A stretch of 64,000 bases of DNA from Octopus bimaculoides (GCF_001194135.2 NC_068991.1:65381835-65445834); one strand, 5' to 3'; positions 13,000-26,359 are shown, numbered from the stretch's first letter. A program made the numbers and translations. The notes: a model not told the origin generated them from the letters alone.

Positions 13000-13400
13000 C
13001 TGCAGCACAATGTGACCGGAAATCCTTTTACGGTTGCAAGAAGTTTGACGAAGTAGAAGTGAAACACCAATCATAAATACAAAACGCCGGTATTTAGTGA
13101 ACTGAGTTACCCGAGATAATACGCTACCTTATCTAACACTCCTTTGACATTGTTGTGTGTTCAAAATTAAATGCTCCAATGACTGACTCAACTGTAACCG
13201 CAAATGATTTTGCTCATAAATTAGGTATAAAATAAATGGAAAACACTCTTTCCGTATAAGCCAACGACGTAAAATCCCACACTTTTCAGCCTAGCCTCTT
13301 TACCTATGTCACGAGGGATCAATGTGTGGGTGAATGTCGTCTACTAATACCGAAAGATTGCCGAAGTAAAAATGAGTCTAAAGAACTCTAACAATCTATA
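13000..13400 (-). promoter_or_regulatory. CpG-retaining non-repeat segment, candidate promoter or non-coding first exon
   Basis: Visibly more CpG than 1-12 kb. Possible minus-strand donor ATAG|gtaaag near 13292. Confidence 0.3.
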
Positions 13401-13757
13401 CACTACTGTTTCTTTTTAATTCGAAGATTTTAATATGATAAACATAAATCTGTCCTTGTGCTTATTCTACGTTAGAAATGATGATAATAGACATAAATAG
13501 AAGCCATCAGACCGAGTTGCCAGCACCCTGTGGATTGTAAAAATATTAAGTTATCGACAACAATGGCTGTTAGGAAATAATTTAGAAAATAATATCTCAG
13601 AGGCGCCATTCATGTAAAACAATGAGTCAACAAGAGTGCCACTATGTGGTCACACGACTTGCTAAAAATAGCATTTAAATTCTCCCAGATTTATATCCTG
13701 TCATCTTAAAATAATACGGGACAATGTAATTCAAAATAATATTAAAAAGACGTAATG

Positions 13758-14140
13758 TTATTGGCACTCCTTCGCTTACGACGTCGAGGGTTCCAGTTGA
13801 TCCGATCAACGGAACAGCCTGCTCGTGAAATTAACGTGCAAGTGGCTCAGCACTCCACAGACACGTGTACCCTTAACGTAGTTCTCGGGGAGATTCAGCG
13901 TGACACAGAGTGTGACAAGTCTGGCCCTTTGAATTACAGGTATAACAGAAACAAGTAAGAGTGAGAGAAAGTTGTGGTGGAAGAGTACAGCAGGGTTCGC
14001 CACCATCCCCTGCCGGAGCCTCGTGGAGTTTTAGGTGTTTTCGCTCAATAAACACTCACAACGCCCGGTCTGGGAATCGAAACCGCGATCCTATGACCGT
14101 GAGTTCGCTGCCCTAACCACTGGGCCATTGCGCCTCCACA
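13758..14140 (-). mobile_element. tRNA(Arg)-like SINE family C, full-length
   Basis: Head GGAGGCGCAATGGCCCAGTGGTTAGGGCAGCG..GGTTTCGATTCCC on the minus strand with A and B boxes. Colinear with the 58496-58881 copy. Confidence 0.9.
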
Positions 14141-14456
14141 CGGGACAATGTAATTCTAAAAAGACGTAATGACTATGCCATTATAATACTTCTAATCACA
14201 GGCCTGCTCAATCGTAGTTAACCTGGGGTTAAATAAGACAACTGGCGCTAACATATTAGTGCTTCTTGGTCTCCAGAGTCACATGAAAGTGAGTGTAAAA
14301 GGTATTTTTCTGGGTAAAGAGTAGAAACGAATAAACTCAAGGAAAGGCGAGATACTAAGTAGCAAAAACCAGCGATTGCAATGCTTTGCTGTTGATTCTG
14401 TTTTTTGTTTTTTTCGTATTTTGCCCATGGACCTTTTGTATATTATTCATGCCTTT

Positions 14457-14835
14457 TATCTTTTACTTGTTTCAGTCATTAGACTGCGGCCATGCTGGGG
14501 CACCGCCTTGAAGAACTTTTAGCTGAACGTATCGACTCCAATACTTTTTTTATATTTTTACTTATTCTATCGATTTATTTGCCGAACCGCTAGTTATGGG
14601 GACATAAACACACCAACACCGGTTGCCAAACGGTGGTGGGGGCACAAACACAGACACAAATATATATATGCATATATACAATGGGCTTCTTTCAGCTTCT
14701 GTCTACCAAATCCACACAACGCTTTGATTGGCCCAAAGCTATAGAAGACACTTGCCCAAGGTGCTATGCAGTAGGACTGAACCTGGAACCATGGAGTGGG
14801 GAAGCAAGTTTCTTACCACAAAGCCATGCCTGTGC
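14457..14835 (-). mobile_element. SINE family A, diverged
   Basis: Same consensus blocks, e.g. cagtcattagactgcggccatgctggggcaccgcc and gaagacacttgcccaaggtg. Confidence 0.85.
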
Positions 14836-14872
<37 letters not shown>

Positions 14873-15480
14873 TATATATATATATATCATCATCGTTTAA
14901 CGTCCGCTTTCCATGCTGGCATGGGTTGGACGGTTTGACTGAGGACTAGTGAGCCAGAGGCTACATATACATATANNNNNNNNNNNNNNNNNNNNNNNNN
15001 NNNNNNNNNNNNNNNNNNNNNNNNNNNNNNNNNNNNNNNNNNNNNNNNNNNNNNNNNNNNNNNNNNNNNNNNNNNNNNNNNNNNNNNNNNNNNNNNNNNN
15101 NNNNNNNNNNNNNNNNNNNNNNNNNNNNNNNNNNNNNNNNNNNNNNNNNNNNNNNNNNNNNNNNNNNNNNNNNNNNNNNNNNNNNNNNNNNNNNNNNNNN
15201 NNNNNNNNNNNNNNNNNNNNNNNNNNNNNNNNNNNNNNNNNNNNNNNNNNNNNNNNNNNNNNNNNNNNNNNNNNNNNNNNNNNNNNNNNNNNNNNNNNNN
15301 NNNNNNNNNNNNNNNNNNNNNNNNNNNNNNNNNNNNNNNNNNNNNNNNNNNNNNNNNNNNNNNNNNNNNNNNNNNNNNNNNNNNNNNNNNNNNNNNNNNN
15401 NNTCTATACCTTGTGGTATTTCATCATGGCCGGTATGACAGACTGCAACAGACTATATATATATATACACACACATTTAT

Positions 15481-15527
<47 letters not shown>

Positions 15528-15874
15528 AATATATATAATGAGGGCACATAGCCTAGAGGTTAGGGTGTTGGACTCATAATTACGAGATCATGGTTTCAAT
15601 TCCTAGAGTGGGTAGTGCATTGTGCTCTTGAGCAAAACACTTCATCTCATTTTACTCTGTGATCACTTTGACACTTGATGCATGGTACACGGTGCACCTG
15701 TTCAGACAATGTTGATTTGATGGAGAGAGTGACCTAATGTGTGGCATGAACATTTGACCACTATAAACAAGTCATTCATGCAGGTCGTTTGGCAAAAGTT
15801 CAATGCTCATTTGTTATCTTCGCCGAGAGAGTCCACCAAACATGCATACTTACATATATGAGAGAGACATTGTT

Positions 15875-16235
15875 TATCTGTTTTAGTCATTAGACTATGG
15901 CCATGCTATAGCACCACCTTCAAGAACTTTTAGTTGAATGAATTGATCCCAGTCCTTATTTTTCTTTAAGCCTGGTACTTATTACATCGGTCCCTTTTTA
16001 CTGGAACTGCAATGTTATGGGAACATAAACAAACCAACACCGGTTATCAAGCACTGGTGGGGACAGGCAGATACAAAGACAGACACACACACAATGGGCT
16101 TCTTTCAGTTTCTGTCTACCAAATCCATTCGCAAGGCTTTAGTTTGCCTGAGGCTATAGTGGAAGACACTATTTCCAAGGTGCCACACTGTGGGACAAAA
16201 CCTGGAACCATGTAGTTGGGGGTAAGCTTCTTACC
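15875..16235 (-). mobile_element. SINE family A, diverged
   Basis: Same consensus blocks. Confidence 0.8.
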
Positions 16236-16844
16236 TATTCACAAACGTTGGCAATGCTAATGTAAGCAAAACTTTAATAAATTGTTTAAAAAATAGGTAA
16301 CAAAAAAAGTACAAAACAATCTAAAAGCTTCTGACTTCTCAAGGCCCACAAATACATAAGAAAGGGCCTGAGGTCACCAGAATATACCCCTCTCCCAGTG
16401 GTCCTGAAGCCCACCTGTTACTGATTTTTATTTTGAAGAAAGCATCCAGGTGTGATATTGTCCTTATTGAAGTTGAAACCATAAAATCTACTGATGACAT
16501 CCCTAACTATCGTGAGCAAAGCATGGTTATTAACCAACAACTAAAGTGTATTGAATGTTTACAAAAGAGAACAATTAACACTGAATACATGAGACACAAT
16601 TATTTTTCTGCAAAATTATGGCGTCCTTCATCACATTTGAACATTTACTCTTGAAAAACACGTTCATTTTTCTGACCTGCAAAGCACTCACGTTTAGCAG
16701 GGTAAACACTTTCACAGGGATCAGAAACAAAAAAAGTGCCGACATATTTAATGTAAGAAGCATTAAGCTCATTAGAAATAATTATGTAGCAAAGGAAAGG
16801 TGAATTCTGCTCATAAACATAATTATAGGATAAGGTAGTGACAG

Positions 16845-17040
16845 AGTTTCTCTACCTGGTTGCTCAACCTGTTAGAAATAGCTATGTCTCTCTGAAATTA
16901 CACTACCGTCTTAAAAGAAAAAAAAGGGGTGGTGTATAAGTAGATATCCCTAAAAAGTGATGGTTATAGTTGGAATGCCGGAATGTCTTTAATCATAGCG
17001 CTACTCGACCAGAGGTGACTAAAGGATAAACAACAGCTAA
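16845..17040. repeat. Short interspersed repeat family D, representative copy
   Basis: The motif ctacatggttgctcaacctgctagaaatagcagccaaatctccctcaaatc recurs with divergence near 4680, 13650, 17610, 19600, 19820, 31190, 35360, 42150, 46930 and 57550. Confidence 0.7.
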
Positions 17041-17178
17041 TCAAACAAGGCTTTTTGATGTAGCTGTTAAGCCTCTGGCTATCTCTAATGAAGCCTACTT
17101 TATGTTGTAAGGCATTCCAACAGTGACAATCCACTCTTATTTTCAGATGTTGAAAACATTTATTTAGGACTCTCTCTC

Positions 17179-17371
17179 TTTTACTCTTTTTACCTGTTTC
17201 AGTCATTTGACTGCGGCCATGCTGGAGCACCGCCTTTTTAGTCGAGCAAATCGACCCCAGGACTTATTCTATCGATCCCTTTTGCCGAACCACTAAGTTA
17301 TGGGGATGTAAACACACCAGCATCGGTTGTCAAACGATGTTGGGGGGACAAACACAGACACACAAACATAT

Positions 17372-17422
<51 letters not shown>

Positions 17423-17584
17423 CATATATATGACGGGCTTCTTTCAGTTTCTGTCTACCAAATCCACTCACAAGGCTTTGGTCGACCCGACGCTATAGAA
17501 GACACTTGCCCAAGGTGCCACGCAGTGGGACTGAACCCGGAGCCATGTGGTTGGTAAGCAAGCTACTTACCACACAGCCACTCC
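17179..17584 (-). mobile_element. SINE family A, full-length
   Basis: Reverse complement of the 25462-25873 consensus, with a central CA/TA tract. Confidence 0.9.
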
Positions 17585-17729
17585 GGACAGTATATTTTTT
17601 TAAAGATGGTATGGTGTATTTGAGGAAGATTTGGCTGCAATTTCCAGTAAGGCAAATAACCACATAGAGGTTCTTTAGTAGGCTTTATTTTTTTATTTCT
17701 TAGGTCTCTCACAAGCTACAGTACTGGAG

Positions 17730-17935
17730 CTTAATCCAGTTTCCATGGCATTTAAGTGACTGAGATCACAAATTCACCCCCTGGATGGGATGCCAGTCCA
17801 TTGCAGGGTTAATTTCCCAGATATTACTGGAACTCATTTACAGTTGAGTGGATGGGAGCAACATAAAATAAAGTGTCTTGTTCAAGAAACAATGCATTGC
17901 TTGGTCCAGGAATTGAAACCATGGCCTTACTACTC
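17730..17935 (-). mobile_element. Diverged tRNA-derived SINE fragment, V-domain-like
   Basis: catttacagttgagtggatgggagcaacataaaataaagtgtcttgttcaagaaac..ggaattgaaacc. Related copies near 7100, 31940 and 58200. Confidence 0.55.
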
Positions 17936-18411
17936 CATGCACCTTCAGCTTTTATTATTTCTAGCTGTTGTGATATTGTTTTATTGTGAAGAATGTCGAC
18001 CAAAGATTTATGACTTACATCTATGCTTTGGTACCTATTTTGAAAGCTAGCAGGTTGTTTGTTGAATGAAATTTGGATGCTATAGCACAAGATCAGCCTG
18101 TAATGTCGAACTTTCTTCCTGAATACTTGCAGACCCATTATATGTGCAGCCGTAGTTTTTACACAAGTGGTAGTTCAAAACTATGGATTGTTAGTTAACT
18201 CACTAATAACAAGGTTTAATTGCAATATTTACATATAGTAACCATTATGTTTTTTTCTTATATGGAATAATATACATGTAAATGTATGTATGTGCAATGT
18301 TATTAAATGTAATAACCATTACTTGCAAGTAACCCTGTGAAAAGGTTAACATCGATGCAAAGAAAAAAATGTTAACATAACAATAACAAAGTTCACAAAT
18401 GGAAGAGCTGT

Positions 18412-18444
<33 letters not shown>

Positions 18445-18676
18445 ATAGAGTATTGCAAAGCAGCTGTATATTTGAACGATTCAAATTGGAGATAGTCTAC
18501 AGTTTGAACAGATGACAGTGACAACTAATACTATTGGATAATTAACTTTGAAAGTTACCTTTCCATATGGCATGAAACTGATACAACAAAACTATAGGGT
18601 TAGAAGCTAAAATATTTTTTTTTTAAATAAAAATAACTAAGAGATAGACTAATAGACAAACAGATATAAACACATA

Positions 18677-19410
18677 CAGGGTACGATAGGTAAATTGTCG
18701 CCATTTTAGACTTTTAATTTCACGCTTGTGCATTGTTTGTTTTTTTATTTTGTTGACTACACAGTATAGTAGGGTCAGTTGGGCACTGTTTGTGAGAAAA
18801 CCAGCACCATAACGCAATTCATTCTGCCAGAAATTTGGAAACGACATGCTGTACTGCTTGGCATTCATGCTGGAGGTTCCAATATGACAATATGAACAGC
18901 TGGTGAACACACAGAACAACTGTTGGTTTGCTGTGTCCCCAAAACATGTACTGATAGTGATAAAAATCAAACATCCAGTCAACATCATGGTGTTTGGAGT
19001 GATCACTAGTGATGGCAATGTTATGCCTCCATTCATCTTCTCTCATGGCCTCAGACTCAACATGGAGGCCTACATCAAGTGCCTGGAGGAGGTAGTGCTG
19101 CCCTGGGTCAAGAGGGTGGCTGCTGGAAGACCTTATGTCTGGCAACAGGACTCTGCACCATGCCACACAAGCAGGAGAACCCAGTCATGGCTGTCAGATA
19201 ATTTCTGCGACAACATCACCCCTAACATCTGGTCACCTAACTCCTCAGACTGCAACCCCCTTGATTATCATGTGTGGGGCACAGTTGAGCAAGAGACCAA
19301 CAAAACTCCTTGTAACACCAAAGAAGAACTGTGAGCAAGGATTATGGCCGCATTCACCAACTGAAATAAAGAGACTGTCCAGAAGAGTTGCAGGAAATTC
19401 CGAAGTCGTC
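18677..19410 (+). mobile_element. Deleted and truncated IS630-Tc1-mariner transposon of the maT (DD37D) family
   Basis: Left end TA|CAGGGTACGATAGGTAAATTGTCGCC, N-terminal remnant KRHAVLLGIHAGGS, and ORF 18903-19334 with KHPVNIMVFGVITSDG, QQDSAPCH and WSPNSSDCNPLDY. There are 37 residues between the second and third D. The first D region and the right TIR are missing. Confidence 0.85.
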
Positions 19411-21289
19411 TGGGGCATCCTGTGAATTTGTTGCCCCATTGCCCCTAATGCAGACTTATACAGCAAACCCAAAAGTGCTGCTCCCATAATAGTGCCATCT
19501 GGGGGATTTTTATGGAATTGCTCCAATCACCTCCACCCCCACTAGCTACACTACCATCCTAGATTCAACTGAACATCTCTTAACCCAAGGAGGGTAGCTC
19601 TACATGGTCGTCCAATCTGCTTGAAAAGCAGTCCAGTCTCCCACAAATTACATATCCTACAGTATTAAAAACAGGACACTTTGAGCCATGTAGTTCTAGT
19701 TGAACTATAAATATAATACAGAATCTATTTGAGCTTAGATCTACTGAACCAGAACTAACCTAAGGTTGAATTACTATGATTGAACAATCTAATGTCATCA
19801 ACAAAGGAACCTCCATGTGGCTACTTGACCTGCTAGAGATAGTAATCAAATCTCCTTAAAATCACATCATACATTTTTAAAAAAAGGAAAGACAATGAAT
19901 AATAGTATCTGGATATATGGATAGACAGGATGAACATGGCTGGAATGCCACTGATCTGCTTGATAAGGACTACTAAGTAACATATTTGGAGTATCATGTC
20001 TACTTTCTACCACCAACATTTTCTGTTCATTCATCTATGACAGTAGTAACATATTAGTTACAGCCAGTGATGTTGGTGACAAGTGATTTCCTCAATTGAA
20101 TCCTAAGCCAAATAATCAATTATAATGATAAATTTTAACTTCAGTACATGAACACATATTTCTGGCTAGCAAGTAGATTAAGTGCTACCATAAAGGTGCT
20201 GTTCTACCACTTGGGTCACTGTCTGACCAGTCAGACCCAGTCCCATGAGTTGATTTGCTGTCCCACCAACAAGGTTGCCATCCTACAATTCCAAGCCACC
20301 TCATTCCAATTATTAAAAGTAAATAACTAAATGCAAACACCACATATATATATATATGATACATGTGTTATAAACATAGCTCTGTATTGGTGGAAAATTG
20401 GCAAAATAGTGTCAGATAGAAAGCTTTGCATATTTATTCTCTGTTTTGAGTTCAGATTCCACTGAGGCCAATTCTGGAGTCCAATAATTGTAAGCATAGG
20501 AAAACTATCATGATGACGATGATGACAAAGATCTGAGAGTAATGAGAGCATAGAAAGCAGAGGCTTAGCAAAAAGCTATGGGGCAATAGCCTGATGGGTT
20601 ATTTTGATAAAAGTGCAAAGATCTCATTATGTTGTGTGAAATGAGAACAGATGTTCAATTCAATATAAATCATAGATATACTAGGTTCTAATTATCATCT
20701 TTTATTCTAACAATGCAACACCTTTCCAATACAGTGCTAACAACACCGGATAACATACCAAAAACTCATGAATAAATAAATAGGTTAAATAATGACATTG
20801 ATTATTCATAAAATAAAATTGTCATTTGCTTATTTGATTGGGTTGAATTCCAAAACATCTGTGCACTAATCCATTTGCAGCTAACATTGTTTTAAAGCAG
20901 TATTAACATAATTCCAATCGATTGAGAAATAATCAATAAACAGAGGCGGTGGATTGGCAGAATCTTCAGAGCATTTGACAAAAATACCGGAAACTATTTA
21001 GTAATGGCCCTTTACATTCTGAGGTCAACTTTAGACTTCATCATTCCAGACTCAATAAAATAAAATACTAGTCAAGGACTGAGGTCAATTTAATATTCCT
21101 ATAAAGCAACCTTAATGTGAATGGAATTATAATATCAACAGAAGATCGAAGATCAATATATGAATAAAAATACAAGGCTGGATAAAGATGATTGACAACT
21201 CATAATTAAAATGTCTTTAATATTCCTCATTTTATAGGACTTATTGCACTCATTAAAAACTAGCTACAATAATGTTAGATCCAAAAGAA

Positions 21290-21900
21290 GAGCAATTTCC
21301 ATGTGCCTATCAACTATCACTCTTATTTCAAACGTCTGAAAGATGATGGAAATAGCTATAAAATACCAACTCCTTTTCTCAGTAACCACAAGCATGGTTT
21401 CTGTAGAGCCAGGTCTACTTCAAATTTGCCTACCTACGTCATTCATTAACAGCCACTCACTCTGAAGAATTTCAAAGAAATGGAGCAAATGATAACTTCA
21501 TATAAATATAGCCATTATACATACACCAAGGAATCTTGTAATTCACCCTCCCTACATATAGACAATACATAAACCCCTCAAAATCACTACAAATTATAAA
21601 CCTCGCAATCTCTGATGGTATCTCTCAGAGTGATCTACAGTTGCAACCCAAGAGCCAGGCTTTATCTTTCTGATTGAAAAATACTTCAATTCAGATAATT
21701 TGGTGATACAAGAGAAACTTCAAGAAAGACGCACATCAGAATATGATACTATTGTTGCATGTACAAATATTCTAGATCACAACCAAGAGAAGGCCTTTGA
21801 ACTGACTGGTAACTATTTGCTCATCAACTTGATACAATGTCTGCTACAAAGATGTGTTGTCTCCTCTATCTACCGCAATGGCCTCTGCTCCTCTCAGATT
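21290..21900 (+). mobile_element. Highly degenerate CR1/Jockey-like LINE RT fragments
   Basis: Remnants such as HGFCRARST (the Q.GFR..RST motif) and RCVVSSIYRNGLCS. Confidence 0.45.
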
Positions 21901-22732
21901 GTGACCACAAAAGAATATGGACAGTCACAGGTGGAAAATTCAAAAGAGAAAAACAGACTCCATGAAAAAGATAGGATAATTACAGGTGGAATGCTTTTTT
22001 GTTCATACTAATGGTCATGACTGGAATGCTCCCATTCTTATTTCAAAATTAATAAATAAATCTCAGTTCTTTGCTAATAAAAATTTACATTTTAGCACAT
22101 GAACAAAGAACGAAGTTTCCTTACAATTTGCTTTTGATAACTTTATCATAATGGAATTTTAATTATAAATTTTTTATGCCACACAAATTCTGTTCCAAAG
22201 GAATTTGACTTGTGTGCGTGTGCGTGTGTGTGTGTGTAACCAAAATTCTAATTCTACTTTTTCTACTTTTATATATCGTCAGATGACAGTATATGGGGGC
22301 AGAGTTCCCTATGAATGGATGCCATACCTGATACCAACATCTCCCTGTTTCAAGTAAGGTAGTAATCAGTCTATTGAACAACAAACAACCTGGACATGTT
22401 TATATGGAGAACAGGAAACAAACAACATGGTATTAGTGAGCTTTTTGTTCACAAAGATTGTGCATTTTGTCCAGAAGTCCAGATTCTTCCACAGTGGACT
22501 ACAAGTAAACACCATGTGACACTCTTAGCTTACAACCAGCAAACACATGTTAAGACAAGGGAAATACAAACTCACTCACTTTCTCACACACACATGGGCT
22601 TCTTTCAGTTTCTACCAATCAAATCCAGTAACAGGGCTCAAGATACCACACAGTGAGACTGAATCCGAAACGACATGGTTGGGAACAAACTTCTATGCAT
22701 GTATGTGTGTGTACATGTAAGTACAAACAATA

Positions 22733-22769
<37 letters not shown>

Positions 22770-23136
22770 GCAAGAGAGTTAGGGGTTGAGGATTCAACCC
22801 ACTAAGGGATAGTCAACGGAATACACTGTCTGCAAGTCGATGGGTACCGCATATTCTCCTCCATTTTCTAATTGCTATATATATATATATATATTACACA
22901 CACACGTGTCTATGTATATTTGTATGCATTTACAAATATTTACACACATACAATACACTGTTCTCTCGTTATATTAGCTTAATATTAGATAAAGCTCATA
23001 TCTAATTAATACATTTATTCAATATTGTAACCATATGAATCACAAAACTATAATAATGGTTGATGTGTAGTTTGCATAGTTAACATGTCAGCCCTTAATT
23101 TTTGTTAAAAGTTTAGCCTAATAACCCTATCCTCAA

Positions 23137-23362
23137 CTCTCTCTCTCTACCTCTCACCATTTCAATCTCTCTCTCTCTCTACCTCTCCTTCTCTCCCCGT
23201 TTCAATCTCTCTCTCTCTCTACCTCTCACCATTTCAATCTCTCTCTCTCTCTATCTCTCTTTCTCTCACCATTTCAATCTCTCTCTCTACCTCTCTTCTT
23301 CTCACCATTTCAATCTCTTTCTCTCTCTCTCTCTCTTTCTCTCACCATTTCAATCTCTCTCT
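23137..23362. repeat. CT-rich minisatellite with six ctcaccatttcaat(ct)n units
   Basis: Directly visible. Flanked by degenerate ccctaa-like words. Confidence 0.85.
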
Positions 23363-23677
23363 GAGTTTTTCTTCTTCACAATGTCATTATCGCTGTAAGT
23401 TTTTTTCCAAACCCAAACACTAACTTTATGCCTAATATCTACATACCAAATGGTCAGCTCAAGTAATACACCCACCCACTACATGCAGCTTGCTTCTATA
23501 AAATGACCAGTGACCTACATAACAATACTGACCACAGTGACCCAAATTATATAGTTACATTCGTACATAACAATACTGACCACTGATTGCATACCTAACA
23601 CAACACTGGTGATGTTAAGTGTATGTACTTCTCGATGTATGACTGTACCAGTGTGCCACAGTGTGCATATATCTTGT

Positions 23678-24100
23678 ATCTTTTACTTGTTTTAGTCATT
23701 GGACGGCAGCCATGCTGGGGAATTGCTTTGAAGGAATTCAGTCAAACAAATCAGCCTCAGTACTCATTTTCATTTTAAGTCCGGTACTTATTCTTATTTC
23801 TTTACTGCCCACAAGGGGCTACACACAGAGGGGACAAACAAGGACAGAAAAATGGATCAAGTCGATTATATCGACTCAAGTGCATAATTGGTACTTATTT
23901 AATCAACCCCGAAAGGATGAAAGTCGACCTCAGCGGAATTTGAACTCAGAACGTAGCGGCAGACAAAATACCGCTAAGCATTTCGCCCAGCATGCTAACG
24001 ATTCTGCCAGCTCGCTCGCCATCCGGTACTTATTCTATTGGGCTCTTTTGCCAAACTGCTAAGTTAAGGGGGTGTAAGCAAACCAGCATCAGTCGTAAAG
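23678..24100 (-). mobile_element. Old family A SINE interrupted by a family E SINE (23795-24021) with a 15-bp TSD
   Basis: TCCGGTACTTATTCT at both 23780-23794 and 24022-24036 brackets the inserted SINE. Confidence 0.85.
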
Positions 24101-24152
24101 GTTAGATACAAATACAACACAAAGACACACCAATATATACATATGTGTGTGA

Positions 24153-24198
<46 letters not shown>

Positions 24199-24599
24199 CA
24201 GAGATGTACTTGCATAGCAAGTGACCTGATCTGAGATAGTGTACTGGAACGAAAACAATTGCAGCGTGGAAGGTGTTTATAAGCCATTTAAAATAACACA
24301 CAAAAGCTGTCAGATTCACTTCAACATTTAAATTTAATTTGTCAAAATATTTTCGTCGCTTTGAGACCACGACCTGTTCACTGACAAAATGTAGCACAGT
24401 TGAAATAGTTGATACTTCTCACCTGCACTCACTTCATATCTGAACACAAAAGAACCCCAACTAAAAACTGTTTTTCCCTTGCAAGGCACAACCGCTGTTA
24501 AAGGAAGGAATAAAGGGGGTATTAAAAAAAATGCTTACTAGGAATTTTTTCAAGTAAATCCAGAGATTAATTTTGTAAACATGACAATGCTATGCAGTA

Positions 24600-25170
24600 C
24601 CATGCCCAGCTGCAGCACCAAGCAGTGGCTCTCATGGCTTCTGATCTTAACTGATTAGAAATGTTATCATGTACATGTTTTGTCTTGGTATAAAAGATGG
24701 GCTACAGCAAATATTCTGCTCAATACCACAGATTTGCTTGTCAGTCGTTTGACCTTAACCAGTTGAGCATGTCCCTTGGTGGCTGACGATATGTGCATCT
24801 CTGATCATGAGCAGAAGTAGTGGGGGAGCATCACAGCCATGTGTTGAGAGGAATTCTTTGGGGTTTGAATAATTCACCTTTGGAAACATGGGTGTTTCAT
24901 TCAACATCCTTAAACAAACCTTATTCAGGGACCTTTTCAGTGGGATGGGTTACTCGACCTGAAGAAAATTCTAACCAGGCCCCATCTGCAAGGTCATGTG
25001 CTGTTAAACTTGATGTGAGATCACCATGTCGTGCACATATGGTTGTGATGCATGTGCCTGGTGTACCCTTATCAGACGGGTAGTCATGATGGATATACTG
25101 GGCTTCGTATATTTTACCCCAGTGTCACTTTGGTGGCATGCAATGCTCTCTTGCTCAATAAAAATAATAA
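24600..25170 (+). mobile_element. Long interspersed repeat, probably SINE-like, unassigned
   Basis: A GC-richer block with an AAT-rich tail, recognised as a high-copy repeat type. Single copy in this window. Confidence 0.45.
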
Positions 25171-25461
25171 AATAAAAATTTTTAAATGCTGTTTTTTTTT
25201 CGCAGAATCAGCATCTTCGTACTCGAAAATGGGGGATTCTGTAAAAAAAAAAAAAAAGCCAAAGGGGGTGCAGTTCACATTCTTTACATCCGTCTAAAAT
25301 ATACAAGTGAACCTGTAAGTTATGAATGAGACATTGTAATAAGGGTAGACTTCAGATTGTTGAACATTGATACCGTACTAGGTTCATTACATGTAATACC
25401 ATGTGGTTGATAGGAAGTTTGCAAGGCAAAAACTATTGGCAGTAGAATGATTAAAAAACAA

Positions 25462-25873
25462 GGCGCAGGAGTGGCTGTGTGGTAAGTAGCTTGCTTACCA
25501 ACCGCATGGTCCCAGGTTCAGTCCCACTGCGTGGCATCTTGGGCAAGTGTCTGCTACTATAGCCTCAGGCTGACCAATGCCTTGTGAGTGGATTTGGTAG
25601 ACGGAAACTGAAAGAAGCCCGTTGTATATATGTATGTATATATATATGTATGTGTGTATGTGTTTGTGTGTCTGTGTTTGTCCCCCAAACATCGCTTGAC
25701 AACCGATGCTGGTGTGTTTATGTCCCCGTAACTTAGCAGTTCGGCAAAAAGAGACCGATAGAATAAATACTAGGCTTCCAAAGAATAAGTCCTGGGGTCG
25801 ATTTGCTCGACTAAAGGCGGTGCTCCAGCATGGCCACAGTCAAAAGACTGAAACAAGTAAAAGAGTAAAGAGT
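25462..25873 (+). mobile_element. tRNA-derived SINE family A, full-length
   Basis: Head GGCGCAGGAGTGGCTGTGTGG (A box) .. GGTTCAGTCCC (B box), then CCTTGGGCAAGTG (CORE-like), a central TA/TG microsatellite and the tail gaaacaagtaaaagagtaaag. Highly similar to many other copies in the window. Confidence 0.9.
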
Positions 25874-26034
25874 ATATAGATAATCTGGTAAAATTGAACA
25901 CTATACTAATGGCACATATGGTCCTATTTTAGATTCTGTGTACATCTAAAGAAGAGTTTCTATTGAAATACACTTATACACATACACACACATGTTGGTG
26001 ATCTTTGAGTAGCAAGCCATTATTTTAACATTAT

Positions 26035-26223
26035 CGGTGGCACGTAAAAGCACCCACTACACTCTCGGAGTGGTTGGCATTAGGAAGGGCATCAAGCTGT
26101 AGAAACTCTGCCAAATCAGATTGGAGCTTGGTATAGCCACCTGGTTCACCAGTCCTTAGTCAAATCATCCAACCCATGCTAGCATGGAAAGCGGACGTTA
26201 AACGATGATGATGATGATGATGA
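26035..26223 (+). mobile_element. SINE family B, 3' part
   Basis: Ends ccaacccatgctagcatggaaagcggacgttaaacgatgatgatg. Confidence 0.85.
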
Positions 26224-26359
26224 AGCTCTTTTAGAAGCTGCTTTATTGATGAGACATTTGATACATGCATCCTTCCATATATACATATGTACAGAGATGC
26301 TTATAAGAGTACATATATTTATACACATACATGTATGTATACATATGTATTATATATAT

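Noticed and set aside
14060-14140. tRNA-like sequence (also at 58800-58881)
   Set aside because: It is the head of SINE family C, continuous with the SINE body and bounded by TSDs. No proper acceptor stem.
16433-16654. 73-aa ORF after an acceptor-like sequence
   Set aside because: No recognisable homology or convincing donor, and overlapping ORFs on both strands are equally plausible.
17990-18130. KVRHYRL..KSLVDIL, reminiscent of an SH2 domain, with a minus-strand gtaagt donor
   Set aside because: No SH2 FLVR motif or supporting neighbouring exons, so likely chance.
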